Source of the DNA: Lama guanicoe
Lineage: Eukaryota
Assembly: GCA_013239625.1 (NCBI GenBank)
Contig: MU053482.1
Span: 3,681,922 to 3,745,921, forward strand
Reading direction: 5' to 3'
DNA length: 64,000 bases
Below are positions 12,976-45,800 of the stretch, piece after piece. Under the pieces are notes generated by a model. That model did not search any database. It had not been told where the DNA came from and worked only from the letters and a program-made list of their open reading frames with translations. A program made the position numbers and the translations under genes. Every line of letters begins with the position of its first letter. Positions within the stretch are counted from its first letter, which is position 1.

Positions 12976-13951
12976 TTCCTATTCTTTCTTAATAATGTGT
13001 ACAAACTACTTTAAATAAATCCTTTTGAGTCCTTCTATTTAAAAGACACCTAATTTAAGACCTCAAATATTCTTCATTAAGATCAAATATTTTAATAATT
13101 AGCCTATTTTGTCCACATATGAAATAGCCCACTCTTCAGACTGGCTAAATATATGCATTAACCAAGCCTACAACCAAACACAGTATCAGCAACAGAAAAC
13201 TGAAGAATCTCAGAAATCTATTTGGAACACATACTCAACATCACTCACACCGACCAAGTGCACACGTTGCTTTACCTTGGGCACTCAGGCCCAGCAGGGA
13301 GCACAGCGTTTGTGAAGAAACATTGCACAGTCTTGTCAGCTGAAGTGACATCTCTGTACTCACTCCAAAACTGGGTCTACAGCCTAAAAACATCTAGTTT
13401 CACCAGTGTCTGCTACAGTTCAGGGTAGCTGTCTGTACCGAATTACAGGTTAAGTCCCAGCTGTTGCCATGTGGTTTTCTCTCCTTCTAGTCCTCTGATT
13501 CCTGGCAGAACCTCTTCCCCTACCTGTCCACTGTATACCAGAATTCCTCAGAGCTTGGTCCTGGGCCCTTCTCTTGACATTCTACAGTCTGTCTCTAGTT
13601 TATCTCATCCCATCCCATCATTTTACATTTCATCTGTATGCTAGCAGCTTTTGGACTTATTTCTCCAGCTCAAAAACTGTCTTCTGAGCTGCAGAGCTGT
13701 ATATCCAACTGCCTGTCTGATACCTGTCTCAGAGATGTCAGAAACAGGGCAAACAACACACTTGAAACACGAGTGAACTACCCTTGCCCAAAAGGACTCC
13801 TCCACTCATCATTTCTATCTTGGAAGATGACACTTCATTCACCCAGTTGTCCATGCCAGAAACCGGGAAGTCCTTCTTGATACTACTTTTTCGATGACCC
13901 CTGTATTCAACTCATTAGCAAGTCCTAGTAATTAAGATTATAAGGGTGTGA

Positions 13952-14146
13952 GGGGGGGATGGTATAGCTCAGTGGTAGAGCATCTGCTGAGCATGGAAGA
14001 GGTCATAGGTTCAATACCCAGTACCTCCATTTAAAAACAATATTAATAAAATAAGACAATAAATAAATAAACCTAGTTACTTCCCCTCCAAAAAAACCAA
14101 AAACAACAACAACAAAAAAAGAGTAGTGACAACCAAAAAAAAAAAA
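13952..14146 (+). mobile_element. tRNA-Ala-derived SINE (camelid Vic-1-like)
   Basis: GGGGGATGGTATAGCTCAGTGGTAGAGC (A box)...GGTTCAATACCCAGTACCTCCA (B box), then AATAAATAAACCTAGTTACTTCCCC and an A-rich tail. Confidence 0.85.
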
Positions 14147-15351
14147 GGGTTATATATATTTATTCCAGGTAGTGGAAGTGGAGAGAAATGGGGATACATT
14201 ATGTATATCTCTCCACCTCTGCCACCTTAAACTTATTCCGAGCTATTTATCATCTGTTATTCGGACACATGTTTCCTAGGTCTTCTGCGCATATCCTCTC
14301 ACATACTCTGCAATCCATTCTCCACAATGTAGCCAGAAAGACAGTTTGAAGCCACAAAACCAACTCTCTCTCTTTCATACACATGTATTTATTGATACTT
14401 ATACATAACTTCTGACTTTTCAGTTACATTGCACTTGAGATAAAATCCAAACTCCAAAACATATCCTATATCAAAAAAAGTCTCAGAGACAAAATCTTTA
14501 GAAAAAAAAATCCTAAGAAAAACGCTTGCAAAAGTTTACAAGTGAGTTTAAGGCTTTAGAAGGACTGGTTCTTCAAACACCCCTCCCTCCTCCCAAGGTG
14601 ATAAGGTTAGAGTTAGCTAGTTCATGACTGAAAAAGAGCAATTTTCTCATATGATGGCCATATCCCCCCAAACTCTTGCATATCTTCAGCCTTGCAAAAG
14701 TTAGCGATTGAGCTGTTTTTGTTAGGAAGTCAGTAATACGTAGGAAATGCTGAAGGTTTCATTCACTTTAGAGACTCATAGATAGTGTGACATGGATTTT
14801 TTTGGTTTACCTCAGAGTGCAAAGAGTTCTATTTTTCCTAACTGTGATGTCTACACTTACTCGTATTGGAAGCAGGTCAAGGCACTAGTTTTGCTTTCCA
14901 TGGATAAATCTGGGCATGATCTGGCTACTGCTTATGTCTTCAGCCTCATTGTTTACGGGCTACTCTCCCCGTCATTTTTCACGTTCCAGCCACATGGCTT
15001 TCTTTCAGGTTCACAAAGCTCCTCCCCGCATGCTGTCCGACTGTCTGGTACACAACTCTCCTATAACCTTTACCTAGCCACATTTTTCCCATCTTCCCAG
15101 TTGCAACTTAAATGTCACTTCCTCCAAATCCAAGTCTAAATTTAGTTCTCTGTATTATTCAATCATAGTGTTCTGTATTATCAGTTAGGATACCTCCAGT
15201 TGCCACTGAAACACTAATTCAAAAGTACTTCTGGGGCCTTTAAGGCCAGGGTTTGGGGAAGAAGAATAACACCACTAGGTGTACTTTTTTTTTTTTAATG
15301 CTTACTTTATAAACCTTAAAATGTATTAAATAGTATTTCCTAGAAATACTG

Positions 15352-15850
15352 TACTATGCTGTCTAGTACAGCTTCCACTAACCACACATGGTTATTGAAC
15401 ACTTGAAATATGGCTAATGCAACTAAGGAACTGAATTTTAATTTTTTTAATTTTTAATTAACTTAAAATTTTAAAGTGATCATTGATTCAGTTATTGGAA
15501 AACTTGTAAGCATGTCTGGAAAAACTCAAGTATGTGGATTTATTTTTTTCTGCTGCAAATTTTATGAAGTCTAAATACAGATCCAGTGTTTCCAATTAAA
15601 ATTAAACAAATGAATTAAATATGTAAGTGTAAAGTACATACTGGATTTCTAAGACTTAGCATGAAAAAAATGCAAACTATCTCAATTTTTATATTGATTA
15701 TATATTGAAATTATATTTTGGATATATTGGGTAAAACAAAATATTTTATTAAAACTATTTTCATCTACTTCTTTTTACTTTTTTAATGTGGCTACTAGAA
15801 AATTTAAAATTACCTACATAACTAATACTATCCTTGGTTTGGACAGCACA
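15352..15850. mobile_element. hAT-Charlie1-family non-autonomous element (MER33/Charlie1b-like)
   Basis: GCTGTCTAGTA...CCACTAACCACACATGGTTATTGAACACTTGAAATATGGCTA...AATGTGGCTACTAGAAAATTTAAAATTAC...TTGGACAGCAC, with terminal inverted ends. Confidence 0.7.
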
Positions 15851-17053
15851 GCTGGAAAGGTTGAAATACTTACACAACTAATCAAAACATAAATGTAGTA
15901 AAGTTTCCATCTAAATGTTTTGAGGGAGGTGGGAGGAAAGACAAACACCAAATTAGTATTTTTTTTTTTAAGATAGGTGTGTAACTTCCTAAAGCTGGAC
16001 TGGATTTTAGGACCAAGAGTGGATGAGGTACTGGGTAAAACAGGAGGTTACTGCAGCAAAGTGATGATATTGGTTTGGGCCAGAAGGAGGTGGTAAGAGG
16101 CACTTGGTAAAATTGACAGTGTTCACAAATTTATTTACTCAGATTCTTCACTGGTTTAATCAAAATATTGATTACCAAGTAATTTAGTCATATTTTATAA
16201 TTTAATGAAAACAAATTAAAATGCATTTAATCAAACCTTATAATTTAATCAAAACGTTGACTACAGATTTAATCCGATTCTTCAACAATTTTATTTAAAT
16301 CACAAATCTAGCAGATTCTCACAACGAAAAAAACTCAAAAAGCAAAATCCTCACAAAATACATGAACTATAATAATGATTACAGAACTCTTTGTAACATT
16401 TATATTTAAACTGGTCACAAAGATAGCATAGGTGTAACTCGCAAATAATAGCCGCTAAACAAGGAATTGATGATTGGGATAAGCAATGAATGATTGAATT
16501 ATTCACAGCAATCTTAATTGGAACCAGACCTGAGGACAAGTCCGGGGTCGGGGGCGGAGTCAAGCTCAGGAGAGGATGACTATCATTGGCCAGGTGTCCC
16601 ACGTCAATCAGTAGCCGGGCCCCGAGCCCATGCCTGATTGGTCGCTCTGCCCATTGAGAGCCGTGCGGATACGCCCTCAATATATTTATTCCGGCGCCAG
16701 CGCGGCTCCAGGGTCCGAAGCCTCAGGCCCTCGGAGAGGTAGGCACGCCAACCGAAGCCTGGGAGCCCTCCTAAATTCGGGGACCCTGAGCCTCAGGAGA
16801 AGCCTCCCATCGGACAGGCCCTCCCGCGGGGAAAGTTTCCGGGGCAGGGGGCGGGGCTGCCGGAAGTCGTCGGACGCCTCCTGCGGTTCGTTGTTTAAGC
16901 GGCTGACGGGAAGAAGACCCAGCTCCGGCTGCGCCGCGGGGCGGCAGTCACGACCAGACCCCGAGCCGCCGCTACCCTCAGGACGATCCAGAAGTCAGGA
17001 CTACCGGCTGCGGAGCGGCGGGGCCACACGCCCGCTCGCCTTCTGATCTCACC

Positions 17054-38507
<21,454 letters not shown>

Positions 38508-39160
38508 ATTTTATTTCATAAATAAACTTCATCTCTGGAGGAGACGTTTTTTAATATATGAAAGCTGTGATAAAAACATTTCAGGTGTTCAAACGATGGT
38601 GAGATTTTTCCTAAGGCAGTTTTTTTTTCTATCCATTTGTATATTACTGCCCCCCAAGAGACATTTCGTGCCCTAGAATCCAATATCTGAGTCTCAAGCA
38701 AATGAAGGTGACTGTTCTTCATTATGGTACAATTCCACCTGTCATATGTGAAAACTGAAGTAAAATAAACCCACATGCAAAAGCATTCCTACGAAGGTTT
38801 GATTGAAACTGGCAAATGTCTCATCTTCTTTGTATATTAAGTAGCATACTATTTGGGTTTTTATTGCAGTCTTCTACCAAGTGGTGTGACAAACTTGGTC
38901 TTAATGTCTTTTTTCCATTTCCAGTTTAGATCGAGAATATTTTTATGTTCTGGAGGAAGAGGTATCTACTGTATAATTGCACCAAAGTACAAATGAAAGG
39001 AAGGGTTTCTTCAATAATGTAATACTGCAGCCATGTAGATAAAGCCGCAAATACATAATTTGTTAGGTTGAATAAGATGTGGGAAAATGCTTTTCTGTTA
39101 GTAGAATGCAAAGACCTACCTAAGCCACATAATAAAATTCTTCTACCAACTTTTATGTGT
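38508..39160 (+). terminator. CTR9 3'UTR with tandem AATAAA polyadenylation signals
   Basis: AATAAA at 38521-38526, 38764-38769 and 39131-39136; the last is followed by U/GU-rich TTTTATGTGT. The actual cleavage site(s) cannot be determined from sequence alone. Confidence 0.6.
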
Positions 39161-39502
39161 AACTTTATGTCATTTTCGGGGGGGAGGGGAAGCTCAGTAC
39201 ATTTGTATATAAAAATTTAGCATAAAACTATGCAGATATTCAGGAAAATCTGGATTAAACTGGAGGTTGTTGACTCAACTTTTATAAATGTAGATTTGTG
39301 GAGTTTTTTTTTAAAGATACAAGAAAACAGGTACTGGTAAGTATTTTTATTTTTAATAACTTGGATTAAGAATTTCAGGGTAATAGTTTTGAGGAGCACT
39401 GTACAGCTTGTAAAAAAGTTGTAACGAGTTTAGTCGGGTGTGAAATGCATTATATTGGGCACTGAGGACACAGAGATGAAATGTCTTTCCTGTCTTCAAT
39501 GG

Positions 39503-39622
39503 CGGGAGGGTATAGCTCAGCAGTAGGGCGCATGCTTAGCATGCACGAGGTCCTGGGTTCAATCCCCAGTATCCTCCAAATATAGATAAACCTAATTACC
39601 TCCCCCTCATTAAAAATCAAAA
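39503..39622 (+). mobile_element. tRNA-Ala-derived SINE (Vic-1-like)
   Basis: GGGAGGGTATAGCTCAGCAGTAGGGCGCATGCTTAGCATGCACGAGGTCCTGGGTTCAATCCCCAGT...ATAAACCTAATTACCTCCCCC; AATGGCG is repeated on both flanks. Confidence 0.85.
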
Positions 39623-40514
39623 TGGCGTTCCTGTCCTCAAAAATCTAATGGAGAAGATAAGTTCATCATTCCTATGGTGTGAACAGAGGGTAATGTTTGT
39701 GCAGGTTGTGGGGGCAAAGGGAGGGCGGAAGGCCTGAGGTCACTCAAAGGACCAAGTGGAGAGTTAAGGGAGGTGTTCTTGGAGGTGGAAGCTGCGTGTG
39801 CAGCTCCTAGAATAACCAAGGGAGGCAGGGTGGCCAGTCCTCGGTGGAAAATGAACAGCTTGAGATTCAGAATCTAGGGAAGATGAGGTTCACACTAGAA
39901 CCCAGGTCTTCCACCTCCTCCCTCCCTGCATTTTCCAATATGTCTAACGTAACTTGAGGTGACCTAGTTAAGCCCCAAATGACAAATCCATCTACATTAA
40001 AAAGCATTTCCCAACTGATGACTCACTTGACTTCAAGCAGTAACTAAACCCAAGACTATTGATAGATGGTCTCTTGGAAAGCTGCTTATGGAGGGATTCA
40101 GCCTAATACGGATAGTGATTTCTTTCTCTAACGTTCGCTGCCCATTTCAGGTTTTGGCTACCCTGGTCATTAAATATCCTCATTTGCACTTTGTGAGTCA
40201 GTTCCATCTTAATAAGGATGTTTCTCTCAAATGTGCCCTCAGATCAGCAGAACAGCAATATTCTTCCCCTCCACTTGGCCCACATTAGAAGCCACCGTGT
40301 GGTTTTTTCAGGTGCAACTCCCTCTGGCCACGTTTTGGAGCCTGGAGATGACAGATAAGACAGAGTTGCAGGGAATGCCCCTGAGGACGAAAGGCCCTTC
40401 TGACAAAGGAAACTTGACTAACCCATTGTCTTTCCTCTGCAGCTGCTGCCCTCAGGGACTTAGAGCAACTCCCTTGCTATGGAGCTTGCACGTCAGGATC
40501 AGGCCTTTTTAGGG

Positions 40515-41270
40515 GGGTGCGTGTATAATTGACATATAACATGATCTTAGTTTCAAGGGTACAACATAATTTTACATTTGTATATACTGCAAAATGATCA
40601 CCACATTCAATCTAATGTCTGTCATCTTACAGAGTTACAAAAGCGGAAACATTATGGAGGTTCCACAAATAATTAAAACTAGAACCTCCTCATGATCCAG
40701 CAACTACACTTCCTGGTATTGATTAGAAGAAAATGAAAACACAAACTCAAAAAGGTATCTACAACCCCCATGTTTATTCCAGCATTATTTACAATAACCA
40801 AGCTATGGAAACAACCTAAGTATCCTTTAATAGACGAAAAGAATAGAAAAAGAAGATGTGATATATATACGTATATGATACTATTCAGCCATGAAAAAAA
40901 AAGGAAATCTTGTCACTTGCAATGACATGGATGGACCTTGGGAGCATTATGCTAAGTGGAATAAGTTAGACAGAGAAAGGCAAATACTGAATGATCATTT
41001 ATACATGGTAGCTAAAAAACAAATAAACCTAAACTCATTGACACAGAGAACAGATTGGTGGATGCCAGAGGCAGAGTGAATGGGAGAGTGGATGAAACCG
41101 GTAAAGGGGGTGGAAAGGTTCAAATCTCCAGTATAAAACAAGCAAGTCATGATATGTAATGTACAGGGTGGTGACTATAGGAAAAAGCCGCTGAAACAGT
41201 AGATCTTAAAAGTTCTCAGTACAAGAAAATAAAATGTTTTGTAACCACAGATGGCGCTGGATGAACTTTA
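40515..41270. mobile_element. L1 3'UTR fragments (short antisense piece, then a sense piece)
   Basis: GATCCAGCAACTACACTTCCTGGTAT, CATGGATGGACCTTGGGAGCATTATGCTAAGTGG, GTAGATCTTAAAAGTTCTCA. Confidence 0.75.
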
Positions 41271-41289
41271 CTGTTCAAACCCCTCCCCC

Positions 41290-42870
41290 CAGCTCTTGGT
41301 TACCTCTTCAACCTTTGTGATTGTCCAAGCAGCCTATTTTATTTTTAATAGCTCTTAGTGGTTGAAGGTGTGCTGACACCTGTCAGTGTCCCAAAACGGA
41401 GGCTCTCAATCAGCACCTAGATGAAGGCTGATTGGAAGCCAGACTCTCAGGCAGCAGCTATGATGATAAGCTAATAGGCCTCTTTCACAGAAAGTCTGAA
41501 TTCCTGGGCCTGTTGCCTCTCGCTGTGCTGGGAGCGTGGTTGCTCATTTAGGATACAGGTGAGCTGAGGCGAGGCGGAGGGAGAACGCAAAGATGGCGTC
41601 CACCAGCCTCTGTTCCCTGAGACGGGCCCTTGAAGTCTACCTTCCCCTCCGGCCAAAGCTCCTGGATAAGTAAGTAGGCCTCTTTCAACAGAAAGTCGGG
41701 TATATTTAAGTCGGCTGTCTGTGCAGTGCCCTGGGGGTGGTTGCCTGCCAACAGCTAATCTCTGATTGTTACAGTCCCGTGGGCCTCAGGAACTCAACCC
41801 CTCGACCCTGGCCTCCAGAGTCTGGCAATGGAGGGCTGTCCCCTGGGCTACAGCCACAAAAACTGGGGCACCAGGTGTAAAAACCAGGGCACCAGACAAG
41901 TGTAGGAGCTGCCCTCCAGGAGGTCCTGGTCCTGGTTCTGGAGGGCAGCGGGGGGAGAAAAGATGGCGCTGGCTGGATAGACACTGGGTGAGGGAGGTGC
42001 AAAGATGGAGCGCACTGAAAAATTTTTTTAAATTTTTTTCAAAGAAAGAAAGAAAAAGATTTTTAATAAAAAAGGAAAAGACAAAAAAAAAAAAGAAAAG
42101 AAAAGACAAAGACAAAGACAATGCCTGCTGGCTTTAGCAAGGCAGAGGGAGAATTCAAAGATGTCACCCACCAGCCTCCAGGCCAGGACAGCATCCCAGC
42201 AGGCCCCAGTCCCGCAGCTCAATGCCTTAAAAAAACTCACAAATAAGGAAGGGGAGGGGATAGCTCAGTGGCAGATCGTGTTCTTTGCATGTACAAGGTC
42301 CTGGGTTCAATCCCCAGCACCTCCATTAAATAAATAAACAACCTAATTACCTCCCCTCGCCAAAACAAAAGTTTCAAAAGTTTTAAAAAATAAATGTAAA
42401 GGAAAAAAATAGCAAATAAAACTTTCACATAAAGCCTTGGCTCTTTTCAGAGGCTGCTCTGCGCTGGGCCCTGAGTGAGTCTGCAGAGAGCTGTTTAGGA
42501 GATGTTTGTCAGTTTGCCACAGCCCCCTGGGTCTTTGGGGCGTGAGCCGTTGGTTTTCAAAGCTAGACGTTTTGGGGGCTGGTCTCTGGTGCAGGTCTTA
42601 AAAGTTGGGGTGCCCAGTGTGGGGTACAAACCTTCTCAGGGAGAAGCTCTGGGTTTGGGGTTCCCTCCCCATTGTGGAATTGTGTCTCAGCCTTTCTGAC
42701 TCACATTAATGTGGCTTTTGTCTGATGCATCTGATGTAATGAAGGAGTGGTTTTACTCGTTTTTAGGTTTTTTTCTGAGAAGCCTGTCCCGTAGGTAGCT
42801 GTAGATTCGGCCTGATCCTGGGAGGAGGTGAGCTCAGGATCCTCCCCTGTTGCCACCCTGAACCGGCACC
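41290..42870 (-). mobile_element. Probable L1 5'UTR remnant (older Laurasiatherian L1), interrupted by a Vic-1-like SINE
   Basis: Right end GGGAGGAGGTGAGCTCAGGATCCTCCCCTGTTGCCACCCTGAACCGG resembles the reverse complement of an L1 5' terminus. It contains internal repeated blocks. Recognised from memory only. Confidence 0.55.
42250..42420 (+). mobile_element. tRNA-Ala-derived SINE (Vic-1-like) nested in an L1 5' region
   Basis: GGGGAGGGGATAGCTCAGTGG...GGTCCTGGGTTCAATCCCCAGCACCTCCATTAAATAAATAAACAACCTAATTACCTCCCC and an A-rich tail. Confidence 0.85.
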
Positions 42871-45800
42871 TTCTTGTCTTGGTGGAGTTGGTGTCAGCGG
42901 GGGAGGGCGTCAGGGGTTAGTTGGTGAAGAGCAGAGATACTGGAATCCAGGAGTTCCCGAGTGGAATTTCACTTTTTGCCACTGACAAGCTCTGGGACGT
43001 GGGGCTAGTTAGTTCCCTAACTAGGCTTCTGTCCGTCCAAAACAAGCCATTTCTCCTACACTGCATGTTTTTGAAAGCCTCAGTTGGATCTGCCACATTT
43101 AGAGAATCTGATTTGCATTGGCTTTGATGTTGGCTCAGGACTAGACCAAGTTCTACAACCATAATTCGAGCTATTAAATTTTAAAATAAATTTTGCTTAA
43201 GTTGAGGCAAGAAAAACCACTTTGTTATTCTGACTCTGAAACTAAATCACTTCCTCCACTGATGTTACTATGTTTATAACATGAAGTTTCCTAATGGGGC
43301 AACAATTCCATCATAGCAGAAGACGTTACCTAACTCATGGAGTTGTTGCAAGGATTACGGAGGCAGATTCAGTGTGAGCCTATATTGAATTCCCGGCAAC
43401 GTCCTCCCTGTGATGGAATCGGTTCTGAATGCCTGACAGTATTCATCAGGCTCACTGATCCTTGTTCAAGTGGGGCTGGGTCAGTTACTCTTTCATAGGT
43501 CATCCTTTTAAAAATGCTGGCTTCTTCCTAATTCCTCTTGAGAAAAATATTTTTAATCTCCAGGAAATATGACTTTCCTGGAGCTTTTTAAGTATCCCTT
43601 GTTTTGATTCCACTGATGAATAATCTCTTCCCTGAGAGAGTAAGTAGCCAATAGAGGCAAGGAAGACCTTTTAAAGGAGATGAGAATCGGCTCCTAAAAC
43701 CAGCATTTGGAGCACAGGACAGCACAGCCTTTTCCTAAAGGTAGTTGATGCTCTTGTCGGCGGGTTAGAGCAGAACAGGTCGGGGGTGACGCTCCCCTAC
43801 ACAGCATCAGAATAGATGCTACAGGCCAACTAAGTCCTTCTAGATGTCAGTGCATCCACTGCTTTGGGTGGGGCAAGTCAACACACTGCAGCCTGTCCTC
43901 AGAGTCTGACTTTGCATCAGGCCCCTGTGAAAGGCTGGCTGCCCTGGCCTCTAGCCTGGCTCTGTCACTCACATGGATGTGACCAAACGCTTCACTTTCC
44001 CACCTCAGTATCCCTACCTATAAAATAAGGTTATTTGGGATCCTTTCAAGTTATACATTCCAGGGTCATTGCAGTGAATTTTAAACAGACTGTCTAGCCT
44101 ATGTCAACTGCATCAGTACCTTGAGGTCCTTCTGTGTCAAGTAATTGGAAACTATGTCTGTGTTAGGCCTAATTTTTTCATCAGTACAGATAAATTATGT
44201 TTTTTGCTTATGAAATACATGTGTTTGCTGTTGCTTTTTGCTTTTATTTATTCTGCTTACTATAGCAAAAATGTCTGGTAACATTTTTCATTTTGAAAAT
44301 ACTGGGTTTTGGAAAAGATCTTAACTTTTTATGCATCTTCCTTGACATAGTTGATCAATTCTAGATTGTCACTATGGCAACACTCCCAGGGCAAATCTAT
44401 ATTTGTTCATGCACCTCACAGCGAATTCATGAAGAGGACATTTATTAGATAAAAGACACCAGGGCTGGATTTTCAAGTCTCTTATCCAGAAGTCACTAAA
44501 TTTGTAAATTCACCTTCTTGTCATTTCTGTCTCCTAAGTAGAACTCTAACTCTAATCCAGTGTGCTCACCAGAATGGTTTCCCTGAAGCACCAGTCCCAA
44601 AAGCTGTTCCTTGAGAAAGAATTCCACAGCCAGATAAGTTAGGTAAATGCTGCATCCTATTGCAATTAAGATGCTTTTGATGACAAATCACAGAAAACAC
44701 TGTTTCAAACTGACTTAACAGTAAGGAAAGATGACTGTGGCCTGTGCTGGAATCTGGATCTGGGGAAAGGAAGTTCACTCACAATACTCCGTGTTGCCAA
44801 AGACTCAGCTTCACTTATTATTTTTATCATGAACACAGACAAAGATGTGATGTTCTTAAATATGAAAATATGCCACCTACACACCTACCAGAGGCTTCTC
44901 GGGTGCCCTTTCTCAATTGTACCCACATATGGCACTTTTGAGTGAGATATTTATCCCTCTTTGGATGGCTCAGGGTCATAATTTGAACACTGGTTATTGT
45001 TGTGTGTTCCTACAGAAAGTGGGGTTGTGCCAGGCTCCTCACCTCTGCTCTGAATGAGCCCAGACCACTGACTGAAATGATCTGTTCATCTGTCCCCACC
45101 AGACAGTGAACCCAAGGACAGGGATTGTATCTTCTTCATCTGTTTTCCAAGGGCTGAGCCTAAGATGGCAAGAAGTAGGTGCTCACTGGTACTTTGTTCT
45201 TAAAGTGGAATTTCTTATCTAAAAATGGAGGGAAAGATTGGAGCCTCTGCTCTGAGGGCTCCGGCAGCTCCATTCTTCTCTCCTACAATGGCTTTTAGCA
45301 GATCTGTTTTGTTGGAGCCATGTTTACACTTGGACTGTGAATGGCAGGCCTCGGGTCTGAGTCCAGGGCCCCTTCCCAGACATGGCGGCGGTCAGCAGGG
45401 GCGTGGGCGGCTCTCCACGTGGCTGTAAACCATAAGGTTGCTGTTTCTTAGAAACCATGAATAATGCTCACCAGATTTTGTTCGCATTTTGGCCATCGTG
45501 AAGGCACTGACTATTAGTCAAACTAAAAGATGACTCCTCTGAGCACGATCCTAGTTAATGAATCTGTAAGTGGGTTTTTAGTCCCAGACAGATTGGATTC
45601 CTCTAAGTGGGGTGGAGTGTCTGTGATAGCATCTTCTCCCAAGCGGGCTCCACGCCACAGCCTTTGCTCTCTCCCGGGCTGTTTTGTTCTTTGAAACAAT
45701 GCTGCTTTGATTTCTCCTGTGCAAGCTAGTGCTCCAATTTCCTCCACTGGAAAGAAGCGGAGACTTCATTTCCTGCCTGCTGCCGGGTTGTCCTGGCCCG

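Noticed and set aside
39503..39580. tRNA-Ala(AGC)-like sequences here and at 13952, 23593, 33591 and 42250 as tRNA genes
   Set aside because: They carry SINE tails and/or poly(A), TSDs and stem-breaking substitutions; they are SINE copies.
41766..42137. 123-aa Lys-rich ORF and overlapping antisense ORFs
   Set aside because: Produced by A-rich low-complexity sequence inside a repeat remnant.
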